Shown one piece after another: positions 9,275 to 17,933 of a stretch of DNA of 64,000 bases (position 1 is its first letter; every line of letters starts with the position of its first letter). The DNA is from an uncultured Candidatus Saccharibacteria bacterium (GTDB lineage: Bacteria > Patescibacteriota > Minisyncoccia > Phycocordibacterales > UBA918). The stretch lies in contig CAZWYM010000002.1 of assembly GCA_964638425.1 (NCBI GenBank), positions 2,547 to 66,546 of the forward strand, given 5' to 3'. Under the pieces are notes generated by a model. That model saw nothing but the letters and a program-made list of their open reading frames with translations. It was not told where the DNA came from and did no database searches. A program made the translations under genes and the position numbers.

Positions 9275-9392
9275 TTCGTCACGAATTGCTAAATAAAATA
9301 GCCACCTTGCGGTGGCTATTTTATTAATCATTCGCGACCCCGCCTCGCGGTGCGCCTCATTTTGAATGAGGCTCACAACGCTCCGGCTTGGC
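9275..9392 (-). repeat. R1 structured-repeat copy G (sense on the minus strand), with an extra hairpin at 9291-9325
   Basis: Contains ...tcgcgaccccgcctcgcgg-[gcctcattttgaatgaggc]-caacgctccggc, homologous to copies C, D and E. Confidence 0.7.
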
Positions 9393-9427
9393 GGACTGAA
9401 AATACATATGTATTTCCCTAACGTCCG

Positions 9428-9617
9428 CCACCCATAATCTTTCCTGGCTTGCGACGGGAAACAATGAATGTGTTTGAGTACTTCTTTGGACTTCGTGTCT
9501 TTTGACCCTTTCCAGTTGGACGTCCTTGCTTTGTTCGAGCATGTCGGTGTCCTCGTGGTGCGCGTCCTTCTCCTCCTCCGTATGGATGGTCTACTGCGTT
9601 TCGTGCACTTCCTCGTG
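9428..9617 (-). pseudogene. duplicated 3' fragment of rplB (last ~62 codons plus stop and 7 nt), no start codon
   Basis: Identical to 15135-15324 except 2 mismatches in ataatct versus attattt. The plus-strand track ORFs 9468-9662 and 15175-15375 translate identically over this stretch. Confidence 0.85.
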
Positions 9618-9636
9618 GGTTCTGTGGTTACGTATT

Positions 9637-11601
9637 TTACTGTAACTTTGCATGCTTCTTGAGATATTCATCAACTGTAATCACAAACTCTGCATGACTC
9701 CACACAAGAGGATCTGTGGAGAGATGCTCTCCGGTATATGGATGAATCTGTTCGGGAAGAATACCACTTGTTGTTGCCCTATCGCATACCCATAGCAAAA
9801 TTTCATGTGCTTTTTCCAAATCTTTTTTTGTTTTTGCCAAACGTATATTGTACCGAGCAATCCAAAGAGTTGTAATGCACCATGCATTTGGAGGCGCGTC
9901 GTTGCTAGTCTTAAAATATCGGTCTCCTTCATATCGCATATACCCTCCAAACGTTGTTGGTACTTTTAGTTTTTCGGTCATGTTTGTAAATGCTAACTGC
10001 ATTTTCTGATCATAAACGTCTAACACCCCGAATACAACTAGTCCAAAGAGACTGCTTATATCAACTGTTCCATCATACACAAGTCCTTTTTTTTCATGGC
10101 GCAAAGACTTAATAAAAGTTCCTGATGAAACATCAAATAGATAGGTTAAAATAGCAATTTTTATATGTTCTGCAATATCTCTATAACGTTTTGCATTATC
10201 GCGTTTTCCTAGGACTGCAGAAAGATCCGCCGCAGCACAGAGCGCTCCATACACCGAAGCGGCTGTGTATGTAGAAGAACCATATTTTTCTTCCCAAAGA
10301 TCGTAAGAATCCTTCGGCAATCCAGTTTCAGACTCCCTATACGTACACATGAAATCGGCTGCTGGTTCAATGAATGAATTATAGAGTGACTCAATAAACT
10401 CTAGATCTTTTGCATATACATAATGCTCTCCAAGCATATACAAAACTGTTGCCGTTTCGTCTTCCTGAATCGGCAATTTGAAAACACCATTTTGCAGCCA
10501 CGGATGCCATGAACTACCAAGAACTCCATCGACACGATACTTATGCATGAGATAACCATCTGTTTCTAACCGATCAGACATAAATGAAAAAAACCGTTGC
10601 GTGACATCAATATGCCCCGCTCGATCAAGTGCACCTGCAGTTATTGCGGCGTCGCGTGGCCAGACGTAGCTATACGTATCTCTCCCTTGGTTTAGGATAT
10701 CAGAATCTGATGAAGCTATGATTCCACCTCGATTATCTGTATGCATACGCATAATTACCAACGATCTTTTATAAAGTTGCTGGATATTTTTTTCGAATAT
10801 AGATAAATTGCGTGGTTCTTTTTCAGTCCACGCCTCCCAATATCGTTCGGTTGAAATCACGATTTCTGATGGTTTTGACTCAAGGATATGTTCGTGAATT
10901 CCATGCGCGTCATGTATTGATTTTGCTGCAACAACCCAGTAATAACATTCTGCACTTTGAGAACCCTTTGCTTCAAAAGTAAGCCCTAGCACAGAATCCA
11001 CCGATCCGTGTTCTATAGGATTTCGAGAAAGTATCCCGTCTTCAGCATCTTTGTACGTCCCCTGTTTTCCTTCAATATTAAAAAGTCCGACGCTATAATC
11101 TATAAACGCTATGTCGTTTATAGTTGCATGAATAAGAAAAGTATTATGCCCCTTATAGTGAACGATAGAACGTACCCGAGGATCATAAAACGCGGTATCT
11201 CCCCGTCTTGACTCTGAGATCCTAAACTCTTGCCCAAAAAAAATCTTTATCTCACGATTATAGTCACGTTCGTTGGTGATGATGACCTTCCGCAAAAAAA
11301 TATTTTTTTCATTGTGTACCACATCAGTAAAATGCAATCGAATTCCTTGTGTAGAGTTATACGCATCAATATCGCTTGATCCGGAAAATTCTGTATAGTT
11401 GATGTTTATGTTCCACGAATCATCGCTAAGCCATTTAATAGTACCGTCCACCCAGACACCTATTCGATGCACATACGAACCGCTTGCTCCACTCACATGA
11501 TTTGAATGCCCAACAAATGGGAAATAGAAATCACGGACTTGTCCTCGTCCATCAAGGCCAATGAGTAGACTGCCGTTTCCAATCGTAATTGCTCGAGACA
11601 T
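9637..11601 (-). CDS. glycoside hydrolase family 15-like (glucoamylase/glucodextranase-type), N-terminal beta-sandwich plus (alpha/alpha)6 domain
   Basis: 654 aa; YSYVWPRDAA motif and GH15 architecture. Confidence 0.65.
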   Translation of the reverse strand: MSRAITIGNGSLLIGLDGRGQVRDFYFPFVGHSNHVSGASGSYVHRIGVWVDGTIKWLSDDSWNININYTEFSGSSDIDAYNSTQGIRLHFTDVVHNEKNIFLRKVIITNERDYNREIKIFFGQEFRISESRRGDTAFYDPRVRSIVHYKGHNTFLIHATINDIAFIDYSVGLFNIEGKQGTYKDAEDGILSRNPIEHGSVDSVLGLTFEAKGSQSAECYYWVVAAKSIHDAHGIHEHILESKPSEIVISTERYWEAWTEKEPRNLSIFEKNIQQLYKRSLVIMRMHTDNRGGIIASSDSDILNQGRDTYSYVWPRDAAITAGALDRAGHIDVTQRFFSFMSDRLETDGYLMHKYRVDGVLGSSWHPWLQNGVFKLPIQEDETATVLYMLGEHYVYAKDLEFIESLYNSFIEPAADFMCTYRESETGLPKDSYDLWEEKYGSSTYTAASVYGALCAAADLSAVLGKRDNAKRYRDIAEHIKIAILTYLFDVSSGTFIKSLRHEKKGLVYDGTVDISSLFGLVVFGVLDVYDQKMQLAFTNMTEKLKVPTTFGGYMRYEGDRYFKTSNDAPPNAWCITTLWIARYNIRLAKTKKDLEKAHEILLWVCDRATTSGILPEQIHPYTGEHLSTDPLVWSHAEFVITVDEYLKKHAKLQ

Positions 11602-11606
11602 GGTGC

Positions 11607-11975
11607 TTAAATGATATACAGCTGCAATCGTGAAGCAACAACAGCATGTGCAGTACGTGGTTTCTTTGATTTTCGGAGTGTTGATGCAAGTTCCACATCC
11701 TCGAGGACATGCTCAATCCAATCAGCAAAATCATTTTTTTCTTTTGAGACGTGATGTGCAAAAATTGATTCATCCATTGATTCAAGTGCGTCTTTGAGCT
11801 CAATAAGATTTGAAAGAATGCGACCGTCATTGACCCAAAAAGACTCTTCGAGTTTTGTATGTACGAGAGGTTTTTTTGTTTTTGGCGTCGATACTTTTTT
11901 GCGAGCCACTTTTTGCATAACTGTAGCTACTCTTGTAAGTGCTTTTTTTACTGGGGCTATTTTTTTTGTTTTCAT
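11607..11975 (-). CDS. hypothetical protein with a basic N-terminus (122 aa) inside the alpha-glucan cassette
   Basis: ORF tightly packed between the GH15 and GH57 genes, 6-nt and 22-nt gaps. Confidence 0.4.
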   Translation of the reverse strand: MKTKKIAPVKKALTRVATVMQKVARKKVSTPKTKKPLVHTKLEESFWVNDGRILSNLIELKDALESMDESIFAHHVSKEKNDFADWIEHVLEDVELASTLRKSKKPRTAHAVVASRLQLYII

Positions 11976-11996
11976 AAGAACTAAATGAACTGAGTG

Positions 11997-13331
11997 TTAA
12001 AACGTACGAGACCGCATACGTTTGCGAATAAGTTGGATGCGTACAAAGAGTTTTTGAATGATCGTGTGCAACCATCTCCACACACGAGCATATAGACTTT
12101 TTTCTACTAATTCCAACTTTTCTTTTTTCCTGCGCAAAGTTTGCGATACTCTTAATTGTAAATCACTTACGGCATTCATGAAAGCGATATACGCATCATA
12201 CGGGGATTCGTACGGACTAAAGTACGCATGGACATCTCCATCTTGGAACCATTTGGTACACATATAATAAAAATGATCTGAGGTTTGCAACTTTCTCCAT
12301 GTCTCAACCAGTGTTGTATCTCCAGTACGTAAGACGTTTGCTTCCATGGCATAAATTGTAGAAATAGCGTCTCGTTGAATATCATTACCTACCCAAGCAG
12401 TAAGATCTCGGTCAGTATCTGCCCAAGTCAGAATGTGTGGCACATCAAATTCACCAACATGGTCGTGTGCCTGCACTGTCTCACTCGCAGTCCTAAAACC
12501 CGTATCTCCGTGTGCAAGAATTTTTTCAGGGAGTGCGTCGAGGAAACGGAAAATTCCTGTATCTTCCCACTGATGTTCACCAAACGTCTCAAAGTCCATG
12601 AAAAGATTGATTGTTTGTCCGTCTCCATGATGTGCATGAAGCCATGTAGCATAGGTCTCTGCTCTGAGTGGATACCCTTCCCACCCTTTGTTGCCAAAGC
12701 GAAAGGCAATATCATCAGAAAGTTTATAGTTCTTTAGTAGAACTTTAAGAGTTGAGCACCCTTTTGGTTGATAGACATAATTTGGACTTCGCCATCCAAG
12801 AACAGGATCCCACCCTTCAGCCATAATACCGAGATACCCATTATCTTCACACCATTTTGCAAGTGCGTTCGTATATGAAAGTTCGGTGTTGCGAAATACC
12901 CGAGGTGTATATCCAAATAGTTTTTGAATTTTTTGCTTATGTAGTTCAACCTGACTTTCAAATTCGGATCGAGAATAAAAAAATGCGAGCGAATGATAGT
13001 AGGTATCGGCGAGTATCTCTACCCTTCCTGTTGCGACAAGAGCCTGAAATGCCTGAAGTACTTCAGGCATGTAGGTTTCAAACTGATCAAGTACCGTCCC
13101 AGAAAACGAAAGTGAAAAGCGAAATTCAGGATGCCTTGCAAGAAGTTCTCCAAGGATTTTGGTCGTAGGAATATAAGACTTTGCTGCCACTTTTCTAAGC
13201 ACTTTTTCATTATTAAGTTCAGTCTCGTCATTCGCATTAAAATATTCCGCATCATTTCCAATATCAAAAACCTTATACCGCTTAATTCGATGCGGTTGGT
13301 GAACATGGAAATAGGGGCAAATAGTAAGCAT
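11997..13331 (-). CDS. glycoside hydrolase family 57-like (alpha-amylase/branching-enzyme type)
   Basis: 444 aa; N-terminal ...ICPYFHVHQPHR (GH57 region-I HQP motif), overall GH57-like. Confidence 0.65.
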   Translation of the reverse strand: MLTICPYFHVHQPHRIKRYKVFDIGNDAEYFNANDETELNNEKVLRKVAAKSYIPTTKILGELLARHPEFRFSLSFSGTVLDQFETYMPEVLQAFQALVATGRVEILADTYYHSLAFFYSRSEFESQVELHKQKIQKLFGYTPRVFRNTELSYTNALAKWCEDNGYLGIMAEGWDPVLGWRSPNYVYQPKGCSTLKVLLKNYKLSDDIAFRFGNKGWEGYPLRAETYATWLHAHHGDGQTINLFMDFETFGEHQWEDTGIFRFLDALPEKILAHGDTGFRTASETVQAHDHVGEFDVPHILTWADTDRDLTAWVGNDIQRDAISTIYAMEANVLRTGDTTLVETWRKLQTSDHFYYMCTKWFQDGDVHAYFSPYESPYDAYIAFMNAVSDLQLRVSQTLRRKKEKLELVEKSLYARVWRWLHTIIQKLFVRIQLIRKRMRSRTF

Positions 13332-13339
13332 AAAATATA

Positions 13340-14557
13340 CTACCTCTTAAAGAACATCAAAGCCAATAATTTCCGGTAGAGAATTACTACCTTATCAGCT
13401 GCTCGTCGCCATGTAAGTCTATGTAGCTCCTTTCTTCCTTCATCAGCGAGTTGCTTATTCAAAACTGGATAGGCAAGCGCTGCAATAATTTTATTTGCCA
13501 TATCATCGATATCCCAAAAATCAACCTTAAGTGCATGTGTAAGCACTTCCGCAACGCCAGATTGCTTTGAAATCAGTACGGGGGTACCATGTTGTAGCGA
13601 TTCGAGAGGGACAAGTCCAAACGGCTCAGACACTGACGGCATAACAAGGAGATCTGCTGCCTGATACATCCGGTCACGGTCTTCGTCCCACAGCGCTCCT
13701 GCAAAAATAACATTTTTTGACAGCCCGAGAGTGCCAACCAAATGCATGATTTGATGTTCCATGTCTCCCCACCCAGAAATAACAAAGATGATGCTGGAAT
13801 CATAGTCTACAACTTTTCTCGCCGCATGTATAAAATAGTCGACACCTTTCTGAATCGTTATGCGACCGTTATAAAAAACTATTTTTTTTCCTTGGATTTT
13901 TAGTTCACTGAGCACTGGCGGAAAAACGGGCGGATCATACTGCTTGATTCCATTATGCACAACAGCTACCTTCTCCGGGTCAGTACCATACTTCTTAATG
14001 ACAAGATCTCTTGTGTAATTGCTAATTGCGACCACTGAGTCTGCCACATTGAACGCATATCGTTCTACAGCATAAATCTCAGAATCTACATTGTCGGAGC
14101 CAGCTTGATCAAATGATGTTGCATGCACATGGAGTACTAAAGGTTTCCCTGTTGCGAGTTTTGCAGCAACCCCAGCTAAATAGGATGTCCAGTCATGTGC
14201 ATGGATGATATCGAACTGTTCAAGAAACGCTATCTCATACGCCGCATCGGCATATCGATACACTTCATCTATTATTTTCCTAGAGAAACGTATCCGTTCA
14301 CCACTTGGTGAAAAATATTCTATAAACGACTGGGAGTGTTGGTAGGGGAGAAGTGATGAAGGAAATACGTGTATTTTTGCTGGAGTTTTGTTAGCGAAAA
14401 TAAATTTGTGACTACCGATTGTTGGCTGTTCGCGAGGCAACACAAAAATAATTTCGAGTCCAAGCTCTATGAGTTCCTCAGTAAGCCCGTGGCATGCCAC
14501 ACCGAGTCCTCCATTTTTCATGGGTGGATAATCCCATCCAAATGTCAATATTCTCAT
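13340..14557 (-). CDS. GT-B glycosyltransferase, glycogen/alpha-glucan synthase-like (GT4/GT5)
   Basis: 405 aa; MRILTFGWDYPPMKNGGLGVACHGLTEEL resembles the GlgA KxGGL-type N-terminus. C-terminal half is GT1-domain-like. Confidence 0.65.
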   Translation of the reverse strand: MRILTFGWDYPPMKNGGLGVACHGLTEELIELGLEIIFVLPREQPTIGSHKFIFANKTPAKIHVFPSSLLPYQHSQSFIEYFSPSGERIRFSRKIIDEVYRYADAAYEIAFLEQFDIIHAHDWTSYLAGVAAKLATGKPLVLHVHATSFDQAGSDNVDSEIYAVERYAFNVADSVVAISNYTRDLVIKKYGTDPEKVAVVHNGIKQYDPPVFPPVLSELKIQGKKIVFYNGRITIQKGVDYFIHAARKVVDYDSSIIFVISGWGDMEHQIMHLVGTLGLSKNVIFAGALWDEDRDRMYQAADLLVMPSVSEPFGLVPLESLQHGTPVLISKQSGVAEVLTHALKVDFWDIDDMANKIIAALAYPVLNKQLADEGRKELHRLTWRRAADKVVILYRKLLALMFFKR

Positions 14558-14678
14558 GTATATGTCAGAACATTCTGCACAAATAAGTTTTGCACAATGC
14601 TACTCAAATATTATTATACAGACAAATCGTTATATGAGAAATAATTGCATTCTGGCATACTGATAAGCAAAAACATGA

Positions 14679-14793
14679 CTCCGCTCCGTGCGACATGGTT
14701 CCGTCTTGGTTCTCGATACGTACCTGCCTCAAGGCAGGTACTAGAGAATAAAAAATACCTCGCATATGCGAGGTATTTTTTATTCTCTATCGA
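14679..14793 (-). repeat. R2 repeat copy 2 (46-bp perfect palindrome at 14744-14788)
   Basis: See R2 copy 1. Ends with tattctctatcga, which equals the last codons plus stop of rplB. Confidence 0.85.
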
Positions 14794-14799
14794 CCACGT

Positions 14800-14895
14800 C
14801 ACGAGTTACTAAATTCGCTTCGCTCATTAAGTACTCGCGACCCCACCTCGCTCGTTTTTGTCTCCTTATGGTCGACAAAACATCGCTCCGGTTTG
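14800..14895 (-). repeat. R1 structured-repeat copy C (sense on the minus strand)
   Basis: The reverse complement reads aaccggagcgatg-[ttttgtc gaccataaggaga gacaaaa]-aacgagcgag-gtggggtcgcgagta-cttaatgagcgaagcgaatttag. Confidence 0.8.
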
Positions 14896-15014
14896 TAAGC
14901 AGGTCGGGAGCAAAGCCTTTTGTATCTACCGACTTCGTCACTGGTTTCTAAGTAAAATAATTGCAGAGCAATCATTTCGCTAAGAACCATCGACCCCGAC
15001 TCACCTGTCGTACT

Positions 15015-15133
15015 CGCTCCGCTCCGTGCGACATGGTTCCGTCTTGGTTCTCGATACGTAACTGCCTCAAGGCAGTTACTAGAGAATAAAAAATACCTCA
15101 CACATGTGAGGTATTTTTTATTCTCTATCGAGA
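15015..15133 (-). repeat. R2 repeat copy 3, immediately 3' of rplB; its palindrome at 15081-15126 overlaps the rplB TAG stop at 15125-15127
   Basis: Same structure as copies 1 and 2, with compensatory substitutions: cctcGcaTatgCgagg becomes cctcAcaCatgTgagg, and gtacCtgcc..ggcagGtac becomes gtaActgcc..ggcagTtac. Confidence 0.85.
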
Positions 15134-15985
15134 ACCACCCATTATTTTTCCTGGCTTGCGACGGGAAACAATGAATGTGTTTGAGTACTTCTTTGGACTT
15201 CGTGTCTTTTGACCCTTTCCAGTTGGACGTCCTTGCTTTGTTCGAGCATGTCGGTGTCCTCGTGGTGCGCGTCCTTCTCCTCCTCCGTATGGATGGTCTA
15301 CTGCGTTTCGTGCACTTCCTCGTGTCTTTGGTCGCACACCTCGTTGTCGTGCGCGCCCTGCCTTACCGAGAGTAATCAAACGATATTCTTCGTTTGAAAC
15401 TTCACCGATAGTTGCCCAACAGGTGCTGAGAATTCGTCGAATTTCAGATGAAGGCATCTTCACGAGTGTGTACCCTGCGTCTTGTGCAACAACTTCAGCC
15501 TTATTTCCTGCAGACCGCGCGATTCGTGCACCTGCTCCTGGCTTAAGCTCGATTGCAAAAACAAAGGTACCTACTGGGATATTCCCAAGCGGTAGACGAT
15601 TTCCTGACTTTGGCTTTGCTGTTTCTGAAACAATAAATTCATCTCCCTTTACCATCCCCTTTGGTGCGAGAACGTATCTTCGTTCACCATCCTTAAAGAG
15701 AACGAGTGCGATGAATCCTGAACGGAATGGATCGTATTCAATTGATTCTACAATCGCAGGAATATCCTTTTTATTGTAGACAAAATCTACTTCACGGTAT
15801 GTACGCTTATGTCCACCTCCTCGGTAGAGATTTGTAGTACGTCCTGTGCTATTTCGTCCTCCAGTACTTCTTCGTCCTTGTGTAAGACTCTTGAGTGGGG
15901 CGTTTTTCTTTGTCGTGAGGACTTCTCGGTATGACACTACGGTCATTCCACGTCGTCCCGCTGATGTTGGTTTATATTTTTTCAC
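15125..15985 (-). CDS. rplB: 50S ribosomal protein L2; apparent GTG start
   Basis: 286 aa; ...GRNSTGRTTNLYRGGGHKRTYR...HPYGGGEGR... are L2 signatures. Confidence 0.9.
   Translation of the reverse strand: MKKYKPTSAGRRGMTVVSYREVLTTKKNAPLKSLTQGRRSTGGRNSTGRTTNLYRGGGHKRTYREVDFVYNKKDIPAIVESIEYDPFRSGFIALVLFKDGERRYVLAPKGMVKGDEFIVSETAKPKSGNRLPLGNIPVGTFVFAIELKPGAGARIARSAGNKAEVVAQDAGYTLVKMPSSEIRRILSTCWATIGEVSNEEYRLITLGKAGRARQRGVRPKTRGSARNAVDHPYGGGEGRAPRGHRHARTKQGRPTGKGQKTRSPKKYSNTFIVSRRKPGKIMGGSR
15135..15324 (-). repeat. native rplB 3' segment that forms the 190-bp direct repeat with 9428-9617
   Basis: Direct comparison of the two stretches. Confidence 0.9.
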
Positions 15986-16005
15986 GTTATTATCATTACT
16001 AACTA

Positions 16006-16377
16006 TTAAACCAACTCAATGCGATCTCCTTTTTTGAGATACACATACGCTTTTCGTAAACCGCTTTCCATCATATCTCGACCGCGTGAACGCGACATGG
16101 AGTGGCGAGGTTGTTTGTTCACAATGTGTACCCGAACTGGTGTCACATTATAAAGTGCTTTGATTGCATCACGTACTTCAAACTTTGTTGCCCCCTTCTT
16201 GATTTCAAATGTATACACATTCTTATCTGAGAGAAGAGCAGCTTTTTCTGTAATACGTGGCTTGATGATGACCGAAGTGACACTTGTGGTGTTGATTCGT
16301 GCAGGCTTTGAAGCCTTCACTACCGCAACATCAGCAGAGGTGTTTTCTGGGGTATCTTTCTTTCCAAAAATTCCCAT
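16006..16377 (-). CDS. rplW: 50S ribosomal protein L23
   Basis: 123 aa; ...KNVYTFEIKKGATKFEVRDAIKALYNVTPVRVHIVN. Confidence 0.85.
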   Translation of the reverse strand: MGIFGKKDTPENTSADVAVVKASKPARINTTSVTSVIIKPRITEKAALLSDKNVYTFEIKKGATKFEVRDAIKALYNVTPVRVHIVNKQPRHSMSRSRGRDMMESGLRKAYVYLKKGDRIELV

Positions 16378-16378
16378 A

Positions 16379-17113
16379 TTACTTATTGACCGTCATAGCC
16401 TTACGTGCCGTTTTGGTCACTACTCTCGTTTCAAGAATTTTGAGTGATTCCTCAGGCTTTGCGACTACAACATACTTATAGGTGAGTAATTCAACTGGAT
16501 TTACATCCTTAACATTCACTACGTGGATGTTACCGAAATTGCGGAAGCTTAATTCTGCATTCTCGTTTCGTCCATCAAGGATAACGAGTGTTGCATTTGT
16601 CTTCTTTGTTGCAATTTCTTTCTTCCCTGTTATTGCGCTCATAGAAGCAATAAACTTTTGCGCATCACTTGTCTTTGGCTTTGTAAAATCAAGTGTGTCG
16701 ACGAAGATGATAGCGTCATGAGCAAACTTTTGTGAAAGTACACAAGCGAGTGCCTTTGAACGCACGTTCTTGTTTATCTTTCGTGTATAGTCTCTCTCAT
16801 TTCGTGGTCCGTGAGCAACACCTCCTCCACTCCAAATTGGTGAACGAGATGAACCATGTCGAGCACGTCCTGTACCCTTTTGCTTCCATGGCTTTTTTCC
16901 TCCTCCGCGTACCTCGCTTCGGTTCTTAGTATGCGCTGTGTTTGAGCGGGCATTACCCTGCATACTTACCACAACGTCATGTACGAGGTCAGCATTCCAT
17001 GCAACTCCGAAGATTTTTTCTGAGAGCGCAATGTGAGAAACTTCTTTTCCTGCTTGCGAATATACATTCGCTTCAAGAGTGATAGGTGCTTTCGCTTTTA
17101 TTTTCTTTTCCAT
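16379..17113 (-). CDS. rplD: 50S ribosomal protein L4
   Basis: 244 aa; ...RGGGKKPWKQKGTGRARHGSSRSPIWSGGGVAHGP. Confidence 0.9.
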   Translation of the reverse strand: MEKKIKAKAPITLEANVYSQAGKEVSHIALSEKIFGVAWNADLVHDVVVSMQGNARSNTAHTKNRSEVRGGGKKPWKQKGTGRARHGSSRSPIWSGGGVAHGPRNERDYTRKINKNVRSKALACVLSQKFAHDAIIFVDTLDFTKPKTSDAQKFIASMSAITGKKEIATKKTNATLVILDGRNENAELSFRNFGNIHVVNVKDVNPVELLTYKYVVVAKPEESLKILETRVVTKTARKAMTVNK

Positions 17114-17116
17114 ATG

Positions 17117-17737
17117 CTATACGCTACGTACTTCTACTAAGGTTCCTCGTCGACCTGGTACCGCACCCCGTACGAGAAGAATGTTTTCTTCCTTATTGAC
17201 TGCGATAACCTTTAAATTTTTAACCGTGATTCGGTCAGCTCCCATACGTCCTGCCATACGTGTACCTTTGAATACACGCTGTGGTCCAGTTGCTCCAATA
17301 GAACCTGGTGTACGAAGCGTGTGCTTCATACCGTGACTTCCAGGACCTCCACGGAAACCGTGACGCTTAACTCCTCCCTGGAATCCCTTTCCTTTTGAGA
17401 TTGCTGAGACGAGTACGAGATCACCTTCTGCGAAGATTGATACGTCAATTGATGCATCTTTCTCGAGTGTTGGTAATGTCTCCTTTACTCCTGTACGTGC
17501 TCGGAACTCTACAACGTGCTTGAATGCACCGCCGAGGTGTCCTGTTTGTGCTTTGTTGACTCGATGAGCCTTTTGCTCACCTGAAGCAATCTGAACTGCT
17601 TCGTATCCATCCTTCTCCTTTGTCTTCACCTGCGTTACTTTCGCAGGAGTAACTCGGAGAATAGTCACTGGATGCGCTACACCCTGAGCATCAAATACTT
17701 GGGTCATGCGCTCTTTTGTTCCGAGTATAAACTTCAT
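17117..17737 (-). CDS. rplC: 50S ribosomal protein L3
   Basis: 206 aa; ...KGKGFQGGVKRHGFRGGPGSHG... Confidence 0.9.
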   Translation of the reverse strand: MKFILGTKERMTQVFDAQGVAHPVTILRVTPAKVTQVKTKEKDGYEAVQIASGEQKAHRVNKAQTGHLGGAFKHVVEFRARTGVKETLPTLEKDASIDVSIFAEGDLVLVSAISKGKGFQGGVKRHGFRGGPGSHGMKHTLRTPGSIGATGPQRVFKGTRMAGRMGADRITVKNLKVIAVNKEENILLVRGAVPGRRGTLVEVRSV

Positions 17738-17933
17738 CTAATTCGAAACTAACTAATAAATTGCTTTCATGACCGAGGTAATAACAAAACCGCGATTTTT
17801 ACATACGCAGACACAAGGTCCGCATATAAAAATCGCGGTTTTGTGCCCATTGGTCTCTCCCCTGTGGAGGTACGTAGGTCTTTAAAAAGCTAGGAGGAGT
17901 ATACCTTGATTTGCCAAAATTGCAAATTGGTCT

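Noticed and set aside
9226-15126. CRISPR array or MITE with terminal inverted repeats
   Set aside because: The long palindromes are single hairpins, not regularly spaced direct repeats with spacers. The R1 ends are not inverted repeats of each other. There is no cas or transposase gene in the window.
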